Notes under the pieces: generated by a model
The model's input: only the letters and a program-made list of their open reading frames with translations
Told to the model about the DNA's origin: nothing
Databases searched by the model: none
Shown here: piece by piece, positions 38,222 to 51,328 of the stretch
Layout of the letters: every line of letters starts with the position of its first letter
How positions within the stretch are numbered: the stretch's first letter is position 1
Position numbers and translations under genes: made by a program
Assembly: GCA_964016885.1 (NCBI GenBank)
Contig: OZ024741.1
Span: 272,862,001 to 272,926,000, forward strand
Direction of reading: 5' to 3'
From: Eledone cirrhosa
Lineage: Eukaryota
Length of the DNA: 64,000 nucleotides

Positions 38222-39234
38222 TAATTACTGCAGGCAATGAATTGAGAGAAGCGCTAGACAGCCGGACATTTATTTAGCTTTTTACCGCGCTCTATGTATA
38301 CACGTTTAAAATTTCTGTTCTAATTTTGTTGTTGAAAACGGAAGAAACTGATCCGCTTTCTCATACGCACACACACATGCATGCATACATACACATACAT
38401 ACATTCAACATTGATAAAAATATTCACTGACAATAGCCAGCTATGGTTGGTCTTCATGTACTTGTGCATGTAGTTTGAGCCCTCCTGTTGATGTTCACTC
38501 TTTTCCATATGCTTGACAAGTATGATGAGTAGCATCTCTGACAGCAGCCTGGTAGTCAACCACTGGTCTCACACTATGAGTGCAAAGATGACTTTTGAGT
38601 CCAGCTTTGCAGAGGCAGAGTCTTGCACAGACGCTGCATGTCAGCGCCATACATACATACATACATACATACATGATGATGGTTGCCCCCTCGTTATCGA
38701 GTATGACCATTGCCCCCTCCCCCCAAAAAAACAATTGGTGCTGACCTTGTCCAATTGCATTTGCACCTCTCAAAGGCTATGACACATGATCAAGACCTCT
38801 GGCGTTATGCAGTAATACGGAAGACCCAACAGGAAAACCCGTCTAACTGTGATGATGATGATACTATATGCGATATTTTATTACCTAAATTATCTCTAGA
38901 TGTGCTGTTCATACAATCCTTACTCCTGTTGAGAAGCCCTAATTTCGCCACTAATTTTTGGCGAAACAAACTCTATCTGTTGTTTGTCCAGGAGTTTAAT
39001 AGTTATTGAAATGGTTAGTACATTTTAATTCACTTTTTCCGGTTATTGTGTATTTTCCTTTTTTTTTCATAAATTATATGCATTGCACCATAATGGTTTT
39101 CACCCCATGTAATTCAAAACACACTTCTTTGTGTGTTCATTTCTGTGTGTATATATATATATATATCATCATCATCATCGTTTAACGTCCTTCTTCCACG
39201 CTAGCATGGGTTAGACGGTATATATATATATATA

Positions 39235-40027
39235 CCCGTTGATAAAGTTGTTCCGGTCCCTCCTCTCCCTAGAAGTCTTATATATTTTTATGTGGGCTGA
39301 TAGGGGGCGGATTAAGGAATAGCAGAAACCCAAGAAGCTAGATTTACCACCTTTCTAGTGGGTCCGGATTTTGTTTATCGTAAATTCGTGAGCTGATTTT
39401 CCGATACTCGATTATTCTATTATATTTAGCTCTAGACATAGCTATTGACCAGTTAATTTTATTGTTCATTTTTTGTCGATTCTATTGAATGATGAATAGC
39501 TCCTGTTTATTTTAACATGTCTATCGAGCACTCTTATTCGATATGTGTATTCCACATTACCTATTATCTTTCGCGAATATAGAGGTTATCTCCCTTGCTG
39601 GACTCCATGTGCGTCTAGCTATAGTTAACTTCTTCATTCGTCGGACATGGCCCGTTGATAAAGTTGTTCCGGTCCCTCCTCTCCCTAGAAGTCTTATATA
39701 TTTTTATGTGGGCTGATAGGGGGCGGATTAAGGAATAGCAGAAACCCAAGAAGCTAGATTTACCACCTTTCTAGTGGGTCCGGGTAAGTTTTTTACATTC
39801 ATATAATTTATTGATTTATTGATATTTTATCTGAGTGACCCGAATCTTCCTGGTCGTTATTTTTCGGCTGCACGGGTGATTTTAGGCATAATCTTTGTGT
39901 GTTGGTATCTTAACGATAGTTATAGCTCTGATTTATCTGAATTATTGAGCCCTGTGCCACTCATGTCGGATTTTGTTTATCGTAAATTCGTGAGCTGATT
40001 TTCCGATACTCGATTATTCTATTATAT
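39235..40027 (+). mobile_element. Tandem hammerhead element with one spliced and one intron-retaining copy (Penelope pLTR/retrozyme-like)
   Basis: 39235-39367 is identical to 39651-39783; the second copy has a 186-bp insert (39784-39969) starting GTAAGT; bounded by (TA)n. Confidence 0.75.
39650..39785 (+). ncRNA. Type-I hammerhead ribozyme, U3-A8 variant, GUC cleavage triplet
   Basis: Stem I GCCCG/CGGGT; TTGATAA; stem II GTTGTTCC/GGAATAGC; GAAA; stem III CCCA/TGGG plus CTAGA/TCTAG; GTC at 39778-39780. Confidence 0.7.
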
Positions 40028-40036
40028 ATATATATA

Positions 40037-40417
40037 ATAAAAGTGTGTGTTCCTGCATGTCAATAATACACATAGGGATACAAGTATAGTCCGACCGTAT
40101 GCCAGTGTGGTTCAATAGCAAGTTAATAAATTAACAAGCCAGAACATATAATATCAAGGAAAAGCAAATAAAGAAAAATTTTAAAATAAATTTCAAAAAA
40201 TTCACTGTACTTACTACATGTGCCTTTACCATGGTTTCAGATCCCCAAAACAAATAGATAATCCAAGCGGATTTCCATTGAGAAAGAGATCCTCGTCAGA
40301 AGGCTTTTCTCTCTTGGAGAATATTGGGATCTGAAACCGCGGTAAAGGCACATATAGTAAGTACAGTGAATTTTTTGAAATTTATTTTTAAATGTTTTCT
40401 TTATTTGCTTTTCCTTG

Positions 40418-40420
<3 letters not shown>
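40037..40420 (-). mobile_element. Hammerhead-bearing fold-back element in (TA)n
   Basis: Arms 40152-40246 and 40325-40420; HHR 40222-40304 (-): GCCTT-CTGACGA-GGATCT...GGATCT-GAAA-CCATGG-TA-AAGGC. Confidence 0.8.
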
Positions 40421-40466
<46 letters not shown>

Positions 40467-40470
<4 letters not shown>

Positions 40471-41490
40471 AAGTGTTAAAACGATCAAATTTTAGTTTAG
40501 AACATTTATTTGCTGACAATTGTTTCTTCTAGAGGGAAGTCTGGAATCATTGGAGCATAAGGAATGTCGAAACATGTAACTAAAATCCCAGTCATTCAGA
40601 ACATTTAGGGTACATACGTGTTATTAGTGTCAAAGGCATCATGTATCAATTATAGGCAGCACTGGTTGGAAGTGTAATAGGCATAAGTAAAAAGCAGAAG
40701 CAAAAAAATCACAAGCAAAAATAACACAGGTAAAAAGTTATAAGCAAGGAAAATTGGTGTACAATGCAGGAGTCAATACAGTCAATAATCCCATGGTTAA
40801 TAGCTGTGAGTAACATACAATATATACACATACATAGGAACTACACACAAAAAGACTTAAATGAAAATCACATACCCAACTCTATCACGTGCTTTGCATT
40901 ACACCTTACATAACAAATGCCTAAATTATCACCACATGCCTCTCTAACAAATTGCACACTGTCTTAAACATTTATAACAATTATAACTTGCTTTAACACC
41001 CCACACAAAATATGTTTATTTCAACTGCATTATAACTCTTTCATCATACATGCCTTTTTGACTGTATTGACTCCTTGCTTGTAATTTTTTTGCCTGTGTT
41101 TTTTTGCTTGTGTTATTTTGCTTGTATTTTTTTGCTTCTGCTTTTTGCTTATGCCTATTACACTTCCAACCAGTGCTGCCTGTAATTGTGTTCTTTCAAG
41201 CAGAACATATTTTTAACTCCTGATTCTCGACATGATGCCTTTGACACTAATAACAATTATGTACCCTAAATGTTCTAAATGACTGGGATTTTAGTTACAT
41301 GTTTCGACATTCCTTATGCTCCGATGATTCCAGACTTCCCTCTGGAAGAAACAATTGTCAACAAATAAATGTTCTAAACTAAAATTTGATTGTTTTAACA
41401 CTTTGTATCTCGGCTCTGTAAAACATTTGAAAATTTGCATTGAGCCTTTTGTCATACCGGTAACCGGTTAGTACTTAGTACTACTCTACA
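40467..41490 (+). mobile_element. Hammerhead-bearing fold-back element in (TA)n
   Basis: ~320-bp inverted arms (40467-40790 and 41055-41408); HHR-like 41317-41363 TGCT-CCGATGA-TTCCAGA..TCTGGAA-GAAA-CAATTG-TC. Confidence 0.75.
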
Positions 41491-41549
41491 TAGTTATAGT
41501 TATATCAAACATATATAAATATAAATGTTCTTATTACTATATATATATA

Positions 41550-44500
41550 TCATCATCATCATCATCATCATCAACGTTTAACGTCTATCTTCCACGCTAG
41601 CATGGGTTTAGACGGGAATTGTCCTACTTGAGGCAAGATTGGTCGGGTGACCATGTCTCGCTCGTATAGGGCTGTCTGGCAGGTTTTCTACGGCTGGAGG
41701 CCCTTCCTAACACCAACCACGTTTACAGTGTGGAACTGGGAGGTTTTTACCGTGTTACCTACACAGCCACATTACAGCGTGGACTGTGTTTTTTTATTGT
41801 GACACCTACACGACCTCATTTATTTTGGACTGGATGTTGTGGTACCAACATAACTTTACAGAGAAAAGGTGGGAGTGGGGGTGGGGTAGAGTAGGGGTAG
41901 TGGGATGGGGTATATGTTTTGTTAAGAGGTGCCTACAGACTGTAGGTTTCGCTTTGTACATAGGCAAGGCGGGTCTTCTGTATTACTGCATAGCGCCAAA
42001 GATCTCGGTCCAGTGACATTGTCTTAGAGAGGTGCAAGTGTGTGAGGTCGGAATTTATCAAGTCGTCCCAGGTTTTTCTGGGTCTACCTACTCCGTAACT
42101 TCCATCAATTTTGATCGCCCTGCACTTTTTTTATACAACTGTCATCTTTCATGCGCATCACGTGACCATACCAATGTAGTCTTCTTTCGAGTAAACAGCA
42201 TCTGATCCCTCTTATTCCTAATTTCTCCCTTAGTTCATTTATGCTTTGCCGTTCACATATATTACTATTACACATCCAACGGAGCATGGATACTTCGTTC
42301 CTCTCCAGTCTGCAGATCCTCTGCACACAATGCCCATGTCTCACTGCCATGTAATATTGCTCTTCATATACAGGCATCATACAATCTACCTTTCATTTTT
42401 AGATAGAAACTTTTAGCGGTCAATAGTGGTATAAGCTCTCTGAACTTTTTCGCCCTGTTCTGACCCTAGCTACTGTACTTTCAGAGCACCCTCCAGCACT
42501 GCTGATTTTGTTACCCAGGTAACGGAAGGTGTCCACTATTACTATAGAACCATCTGGGCAATAGAAGGAGCTAGTATCTTGTGGGCACTTGCTACTTATT
42601 GCACCTGAGCATCGGCCACATATAAAATCTACATTCTTAGATAGCTTACCTGTGATCCCACTACATTTTTTATGCACCCATACTTTGCATTTGGGACATA
42701 AAATGGAGTTTCTGCCTACTCCTTTCCTACACACTGACCATGGACATTTGCCAGAGGGTACTTGTACCCTATTTTCCTTTCTACTTACTAGAACTTTAGT
42801 CTTAGACAAGTTAACTTTAAGGCCTTTTGATTCTAGGCCATGCTTCCATGTTTGGAATTTCTTCTCTAGCTCGGTCATTGATTCAGCTATGAGCGTTAGA
42901 TCATCTGCGTATAGAAGTTCCCATGGGCAGCCGGTCTCGAACTCCTCTGTTATATCCTGAAGGGCAATAATAAATAGGAGGGGGCTAAGGACAGAGCCTT
43001 GATGAACACCAACTTTTACGCTAAATTCTTCACTATATTCATTGTTAATTCTAACCTTACTGACTGTTTCTTTATACATGGTTTGTATAGCTCTCACAAG
43101 CCATTCATCAACACCTAGTTTTCTAAGAGCCCACCAAATAATGGAGTGGGGGACTCTGTCAGAGGCTTTCTCCAAGTCAACAAAAGCTGAGTATAGTTGT
43201 TTACTTTTAGCTAGGTACTTCTCCTGTAGTTGTTGTACAAGGAAAAGTGTGCCCGTGGTACTTTTACCTGACACAAACCCAAACTGCATTTCATCTAGAT
43301 CAATTCGCTCTCTGATTAGTTGCGCTATAACTCTTTCTGTGACTTTCATGACCTGGTCAATCAATTTAATGCCTCTATAGTTTCCCCTATCTAGGGCATC
43401 TCCTTTACCCTTGTAGCAGTTAATGATGATGCTGCTACGCCAGTCATTTGGTATGACCCCATTCTGTATGACTTGGTTTACTATCCGGGTGACCATAGTG
43501 TGTCCCACCATTCCAGATGCTTTCAGCATTTCAGCAACTATCTCCAAAGGCCCAGCTGCTTTGCCTGTCTTTATATCTTTAATTGCCTTACTTATTATAC
43601 TACCTTCAACTTACATTGCTGGTCCCTCTATTGGATCGATTTGGGGCAGACTATCTTTTTCCCATTTATTCTCCTCATTTAGTAGCCTCTCGTAGTGACA
43701 CTTCCAAGCTACCTTTTTATCAGTATCAGTGATGGCAAGTATACCATCATCGTTACGGACACACTTCTCCTCAACAATATCACGGTTTTCCTTGACACAT
43801 TGCCTTGCAATCCTGAACACCTCACGTTTTTGGTCCTTGCGTTGTAGAACATGCTTGAACTTTCTTTCCTCTGCTTCCCTTCTTGCAAAGTACACTTGTC
43901 TCCTAGCTTCTCTCCTGGCCACTTGATAATGTTCTCTACTTCCCCCATCCTGCCAAACTTTTCAAGACTGCTTTTTGGCCTTGATTGACTCTTCCACCTT
44001 ACTATTCCACCACCAAGTTCCTCTCCTCCTGCCTATAGGTCTGCTCCAGCCACAGATTTCATCTGTCGCCTTCAGCAGGTTAACTTTCAGGAATTCACAC
44101 TGTTTCTCTATATTGTACGTCTCTAATTGCTCTTCCTTACTGTCAAAAGCATCAAGTAATATGCTTTTAAATTTGTTACTGCTGTGGGGTTCTTTAACTT
44201 CCATATTCTTCTCCTCAGGGTAGTCCTCCTCTGTTGTCGAGTACGTCTAGTCCTGACTATGAGGTTGCTACCTATGAGGCTATGTTGGGAGGTGCATTCT
44301 ACATGGGGGAGGGATTTAGTGTTTACAACAGACACTCTATCACGTCTTCTGGTAAGGATATAATCTATCTGGCTGGCGTGTTCCCCTGATCTATAGGTGA
44401 TCAAGTGATTGTCTCATTTTTTGAAGTTTGTGTTACAGATAGGTTATTAGCATCACAGAATTCCAGGATTCTGAAGCCTTCCTCATTTCTAGTACCAAAC

Positions 44501-44845
44501 CCATAGCCTCCATGGATTCCGTCATAGCCGTCACAATGTTGTCCAACATGACCATTTAGGTCACCAGCAATAATTATGTAGTCACTGTCGGTTATTTGGG
44601 AGGTAGTGAGCATTACCGACTCATAGAATCTGTCTTTTATAACGCCAGGTAGTCCAGATTGGGGTGCATAAGCGGATATTATTGTCACAGTAGTTCTGAT
44701 AACATGATTCCTACTCCACCCAGCCCATTGTCATCTCCCACCCAGAAAAGTTTATAGCATCGTTTTTTACCCACAATGAATCTAGCAGACTCATCCTTCC
44801 ACCTAGTCTCTTGAACACAACAAACATCAACTTACACCTTTCTAC
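41550..44845 (-). mobile_element. RTE LINE (family B), near full-length, frameshifted
   Basis: APE (SAYAPQ, AGDLNGHVG, SQIDYIL), RT 42420-43547, Cys finger, 3' UTR and (GAT)n tail. Confidence 0.92.
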
Positions 44846-44934
44846 CGTGAGATCATATCGCCTGGGAGAAGTGACCGTTTCTGCACATGCGTATTCATAC
44901 GGTTGTTTTTCCTTTTCCGTACAACTTCATTCAG

Positions 44935-44975
44935 ACCGAGCTGAAGATCCGCAAGGTGAAACATTTGTTCTCGGT
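44935..44975 (+). ncRNA. Minimal type-I hammerhead ribozyme
   Basis: ACCGAG-CTGAAGA-TCC(GCAA)GGT-GAAA-CATTTG-TT-CTCGGT; sister copy at ~48380-48510 (-) has the palindrome CAATTG. Confidence 0.8.
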
Positions 44976-45776
44976 ATGGTGAACTAACTGTTGTGGAACT
45001 ACTTCTACCAAACTCGTCCCATGGACTGAGTGTTCTACCACTACGGATATAACCCTCCAGTGTTCTACTATTATATATATATAATCCCGCCGAGGTTGAC
45101 TTTGCCTTTCATCCTTACGGGGTCGATAAAATAAAGTACCAGTAATGCACTGGGTAATTGCTGGCCTTGTGCCTAAAGTAGAAACAATTATATATATATA
45201 TATAATGTAAAAGGTAAACAGAAATAACAACACAATCGGTACAGTATATGGAAGGGATATATTAGGTTAACGCTTGATAGAGCAGGAAGAGGGTCTTAAT
45301 GTTTCGGACGCTAGTCCTTTATCAGAAGAAAGAATGAGAAATAAAATCAATTGAAGGGACGCGCGGGATGGAATTAGAAAAAATATCTTTAGATAAAAAT
45401 AACAGGTCCATTCATGTTGACATCTCTTGCAAAACTATTGGTGCTGGCGTTTTGTGTATGATTTGTTTTTTAGAAAAGTGGATGATGGAGTGCGTCTACC
45501 TGAAATAGAAAAAAAAAACGTTTTGTATAAAGAGCTATACTTGAGCACCTGCGTAAGCTTGTGTGTGTGTGTGTTATTATACATCCGTACGAAGCTAAGA
45601 AGAAATGTGTGTGTATATGTGAGTAAAAGAGTGTGTGCATGTAAGTACGAAGCTATGACAAAAAGTATGTGAATATAAGGCTGTGTATGTGTGTATACAG
45701 AGCAGTGAAAGGAAAAGTGAGTGAGCATATATAGTCGGCATATATTAGTTGTAATATATATATATATACATACATA

Positions 45777-45990
45777 TGTGGTTGATGGCTGAGAGAAAAG
45801 AGTTACTCAATACCGAAGTAGAGTTTTAATATTCATTTTATCAAGGCTAGATAGCGAGTCTTATTACTCTGGAGTTTCACCTGTTTTTCACAGGGTCATC
45901 AGGCAAGAGTTCCTGCCTGATGACCCTGTAATAAACAGGCAAAACTCCAGTGTAACAAGACTCACTATTTAGCCTTAATAAAATGAATAT
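45777..45990. mobile_element. Hammerhead-bearing fold-back element
   Basis: Arms 45829-45905 and 45915-45990; CTGATGA-CCCTG..CAGG-(T)GAAA-CTCCAGAG-TA; TTGAGT tail motif at 45805-45810 (-). Confidence 0.75.
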
Positions 45991-46437
45991 AAATATATTT
46001 ATATTTCCCACTATGTCAAGTGTTAAACTAATATATTTCTTTATTGTACTGTGTCATTTGCTTGGTTATTTCTGTTTACTTTTTGCATATATATATATAT
46101 ATATATATACATATACAATGATAATAAATAAATGGAAACTATATTTATAAAACCATATTTATTCTATTATATATATTTCAAGGGTACCAAAACTTTGGTA
46201 CGCTCTCATCAACTAAAATACAAAGTTTGTTTTATAAATATTGACATAACCAGGAAGAAGATCTTAACAGTTCAAGTTTTTCCTGGATAGTCAGGAAAAA
46301 CATTTATATTTGTTGAATTACCAACAAATTAAATATCCCTTTTGCTTATATATATATATATATATATAATCAAGGTTTAGCAAATAAGAAAAAGTTTTTA
46401 AATAAATTTCAAAAAATTCACTGTACTTACTATGGTT

Positions 46438-46523
46438 ACCTTTACCGAACGGTTTTGAGTCTCAAAAATAAATGAATAGTCCTTGCGGGCCTCCATTGAA
46501 AAGGTAAACTCTCGTCAGAAGGT
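46438..46523 (-). ncRNA. Hammerhead motif, paralog of 40222-40304
   Basis: ACCTT-CTGACGA-GAGTTT...AGACTC-AAAA-CCGTTCGG-TA-AAGGT (G12 position mutated). Confidence 0.6.
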
Positions 46524-46869
46524 TCTTTTCACTTGGAGAATATAAAATTCCCGAGTTTGAATTACGAATTGGTGCTATTCAAAATTATTCCCGAGATGTG
46601 AATATATACAAAGCTTATTGTACATGGTTAGGTTACTTGCGTGTGTGTGTATATACACTGACGTGTTAAATCCCTTTCTACGAACTGATCTTCCAGTGGA
46701 ATACTACACCTGGAGGAATGTGCATAGGTAACCAATAAGTAAATACCTCCACAATGGCTACAACTCACAAGTGTTCGTGGTATTGGCCCTCAGTGCATAT
46801 GATAATATATCCTTTTACATGTATTTCATAGAAACTGGCTGAACATACTGAACCCACAAAGCTATCAAG

Positions 46870-47090
46870 TTCAGCTCAACCTGCCTGGTCCAGCTCCACC
46901 TACCAGGTCCAGCTCAGCCTACCTGGTCCGGCTCAGCCTACCTGGTCCAGCTCAACCTACCAGGTCCAGCTCAACCTACCAGGTCCAGCTCAACCTACCA
47001 GGTCCAGCTCAACCTACCTGGTCCAACTCAACTTACCAAGTCCAGCTCTACCTACCAGGTCCAGCTCAACCTATCAGGTTTAGCTCAAAC
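46870..47090 (+). repeat. 19-bp minisatellite
   Basis: CCAGCTCAACCTACC(A/T)GGT repeated about 11 times. Confidence 0.9.
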
Positions 47091-47099
47091 TATAAGATA

Positions 47100-47830
47100 A
47101 AGTGGTGAGCACTGGCTGATGTGGTCAGGATCAGGTATGCAGATACTATTACATCTAAATTCAGAGAACTCCCTGAACAAACTGTTGACTTTGAAATGGA
47201 GTGGAAACTTTTCAGCTTGGCTGTTTATGCTTCAGCTAATAAATGCTGTGGGCAAAAGTGCTTTGGTGTGGTGAAAGATGGCAGGAAGACCCCATGGTTC
47301 AATCAGGTGGTTAAAGATGCCATTGGAGGAAAAAAGGAGGCTTACAAACCTTGGCTTGGGAATAAGTTTTTCTTTGTGCACTTGTAGTACAAGCAGGTAT
47401 GAAACATTGCAACAGATACAGTTTATGACATAGGAAGACTTTGGGGTTAAGCTGGAATCTGACTTTAGATCAGCAAATATAGTATTTTGTCAGACCATCC
47501 ACCAACTTTGTCATGTGTTCCCCCCTCCATGCCTACTATCAGGAATTCATCTGGAGTTCTCTCTAAAGAGAGGAGCTCCATTGCGAGGTGGTAAGAATAC
47601 TTTGGCAATCTTCTAAATCCATTCACAACAATATCTTCTGATGTACATGAGGTGCATCTAAAGGCAAAGACTAACCTCTCGGAGGCTGAGGTCACCACAG
47701 CAATTAAAATGCTGAAATGGAAAGAATGAAATTCAGCCCAAGATGTTAAAAGCCTTAAAGAGTAAAGGAGTGCTCTGGTTGACTTGTGTGTGCTGGGTGG
47801 CTTGGATCATGGGAAAAGCATCAAAGCTAT
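47100..47830 (+). mobile_element. Decayed RTE (BovB/Expander-like) internal fragment
   Basis: EMEWKLF...RKTPWFNQVVKDAI..KKEAYK linker typical of RTE ORFs. Confidence 0.55.
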
Positions 47831-48509
47831 ATCAATTCGGAGTAGGGATATTGTTGAGTCCAAGCTAGCTGACAAACTGTGTGTTTTTTGCCCTGAATGC
47901 TGCACTGCCAAACTAATATGCACACTGCAACAGGTCTTTGAGAAATTATAGGAGTATTGCCAAGAGGTTTTAACAACCTCAAAAAGGCATCATCATCCCT
48001 GTTTAACATTTATTTTCCATGCTTGCATGGGTTAGACAGGTTGTAATATTATGAGAATAACCAGGTCAGGTCATCAGGTTTTGCTCATTCATATATATAT
48101 ATATATAGTAGTAAAAAAAAAACACAAAAAAAGCTTCTCACAGTCCACGCTGTAATATGGCCATGTAGGTAACACGGTAAAAAGTTCCCAGTTCCACACT
48201 GTAAATGTGGTTGGTGTTAGGAAGTGCATCCTGCCGTAGAAAACCTGCCAGACAGTCCTATATGAGTGAGATACGGTCACCCGACCAACCTTGCCTCAAG
48301 TGGCACAACTCCCGTCTAACCCATGCTAGCATGGAAGATGGACGTTAAATGATGATGATGATGATGATGATGAGTAGTAGTAGTAGAACACTGGTGGGTT
48401 ATAACCGTAGTGGTAGAGCACTCAGTCCATGGGACGAGTTTGGTAGAAGTAGTTTCACAACAGTTAGTTCACCATACCGAGAACAATTGTTTCACCTTAT
48501 TTGGATCAT

Positions 48510-50421
48510 ATATCATCATCATGATTTAACATCTATCTTCCATGCTAACATTGGTTAGACGGGAATTGTCCTACTTGAGGCAAGATTGATCGGGTGACCT
48601 TGTCTCGCTCGTATAGGACTGTATTTGGCAGGTTTTTTTATGGCTAGATGCTCTTCCTAAACACCAACCACATTTACAATTTGGACTGGGAGCCTTTTTA
48701 CTATGTCTCCTACACGACCACTTTACAGCGTGGACTGGGTGGTTTTTGTCGTGACACCTACATGACCACTTTAGTTTGGACTGGATGTTGTGGTACCAAC
48801 ATAACTTTACAGAGAAAGGGTGGTGTTGGTGGGAGTGGGAAGGTTGAGTAGGGGTAGTGGGTTGGGTGTATATTTGGTTAAGAGGTGCCTACTGACTGTA
48901 GGTTTAACTTTGTACGTAGCACCAAAGGTCTTAATCCAGTGACATTGTCTTAGAGAGGTGTAAGTGTGTAAGGTCAGATTTTATCATGTCGTCCCAGGTT
49001 TTTCTGGGTCTACCAACTCTGTAACTTCCATCAATTTTGATCGCCCTGCACTTTTTTATACAGCTGTCGTCTTTCATGTGCATCACATGACCATACCAAC
49101 ATAATCTTCTCTCAAGTAAACAGCATCTGACCCTTCTTATTCCTAATTTCTCACTTAGTTTATTTATGTTTTGGGGTTCGTGTATATTACTATTACACAT
49201 CCAATGGAGCATGCATGCTTCGTTGCTTTCCAATCTGCGCAGGTCCTCTGCACACAATGCCCATGTCTCATTACCATGTAACATTGCTGTTCCGGATATA
49301 TATATATCATCATCATCATCATTTTATGTCTACTTTTCCCTGCTTGCAAGGGTGGGACGGGTCCTATTCAGCACAACATCTCTCCACTTGTCACGATCCT
49401 TTGTCATCTCCACCGTGAGCTTCAGCGATCTGAGGTCTGTTCTCACCACCTCCACCCATGTTTTTCGTGGTCTTCCTCTACTACGTCTTCCTTCAACTGG
49501 CATTTCTTGGCACTTCTTCACCCATCGGTCATCCTCCATGCGTATTGCATGTCCATACCATCGCAGTTTCCTCTCCCGCACACTACAATTTATCCCTCTC
49601 AAACAGTTTCTCTCTCAACACATCCATGCTCGGTCGTTCATGCACATTGACATTGCACATCCAACAGAGCATGCTTGCCTCATTTCTCTCCAGCTAACGC
49701 ATATCCTCTGCAGTTGCTATCCATGTCTTGCTTCCATGCAGCATCGTGCACCTCACACAGGCATCATATAACCGGCCTTTCGTACGCAGGGAGAAACCCT
49801 TCTTCGTCAGCAGAGGAAGCAGCTCCCTAAACTTCTTCCAACCCGTCCTTATTCTAGATACTATGGCCTCAGAACACCCCTCTACCATGCTAATCTGATC
49901 ACCTAGGTACTGGAATCTATCAACCACTTCTATAGAACCCACCTACATTTGAAAAAATGTGTCTTTCAATGCGATTACTACTGTCAAATTTCCCTGTACA
50001 TTTACTGCATACGTATTTCTGCCTACCTGTTAGTTTGCCTGCTATCCCACTACATCTCCTGTGTACCCAAGATCTGCATTGTGTACATTTTATAGAATTT
50101 ATGCCAGTTCCTTTTCTGCATATCGAACATGGCCATTTCCCTGACGGAATCAGAGTTTTGTCCTCTTTTCTACTCATCAACACTTTTGTCTTAGCTAGGT
50201 TCACTCTCAGCCCTTTTAATTCCAACTGCTGTTTCCATAGCCAGAATTTATTCTCTAGCTCCTCTACTGATTCTGTTATAAGAACCAGATCGTCAGCATA
50301 GAGAAGTTCCCATGGACAGCCAGTCTTAAACTCCTCTGTTATGGCTTGGAGGACTATAATGAACAAGAGCGGGCTGAGGACCGAACCTTGATGTACTCCT
50401 ACTTGTATCTGGAATTCCTCA
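48510..50421 (-). mobile_element. Two adjacent 5'-truncated RTE copies (family B 48510-49291; family A 49307-50421)
   Basis: ORFs 48931-49284, 49330-49602, 49694-49942 and 49920-50501; each copy has its own (GAT)n tail. Confidence 0.88.
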
Positions 50422-50897
50422 CGAAACTCCAAATTAGCACAACAAATGAGAATAAAGTACTGACAATTGTTTCGTTGATCAGGTGAGTCTAGAGTACGCA
50501 ATCGCTTGAGGAAGCCCTTACTTTATATATATATATATTCATTTCATTTCATTTTACGTCCGCTTTTTCCCTGCTTGCAAGGGTGGGACGGGAACTGATT
50601 CTGGCTTGATTTCTACAGCTGGATGCCCTTCCTAACACCAACCTCATTTACAGTGAGTCCTGGGTGCTTTTTTCCATGGCGCCTACACGTCCAATTTACA
50701 GTAGAATGATAGGGACCCCAGTCGTTATCATCTCATTTCTACAACTGAGTAAACTGCAATGTGAAATAAAGTGTCTTGCTCAAGGAAACAACACATCACC
50801 CGGTCCGAGAATTGAACTCACAACCTTTCGATTGCAAGGCCAATGTTCTAACCACTAAATCATGTGCCTCCAGCACATATATATATATATATATATA

Positions 50898-51328
50898 TAT
50901 ATTGGTAAACGGAATAGAAAATGCTGACAAATTGTTCACAATTGAAAAATGGTTTAATTAGGAATAAAAGAGTATTAGTGATTGTATGGGTTAGTATTCA
51001 GTTGTGGTTTTAAGTTTTTAAGCTTTTACCGGTTGCGCATTTCTAAATGCTTTTCAAAAATAATTTTGAGATAGAGTGTCCGTGCTGTTTGCTCTGATCA
51101 GAGCAAACAGCACGGACACTCTATCTCAAAATTATTTTTGAAAAGCATTTAGAAATGCGCAACCGGTAAAAGCTTAAAAACTTAAAACCACAACTGAATA
51201 CTAACCCATACAATCACTAATACTCTTTTATTCCTAATTAAACCATTTTTCAACTGTGAACAATTTGTCAGCATTTTCTATTCCGTTTACCAATATATAA
51301 TAACTTGTGTGTTACACCTCTACTCTTT

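Noticed and set aside
38430-38655. C2H2-like peptide CSVCARLCLCKAGLKSHLCTH as a host zinc-finger exon
   Set aside because: Matches the C-terminal finger typical of RTE-clade LINE 3' ends and is flanked by microsatellites
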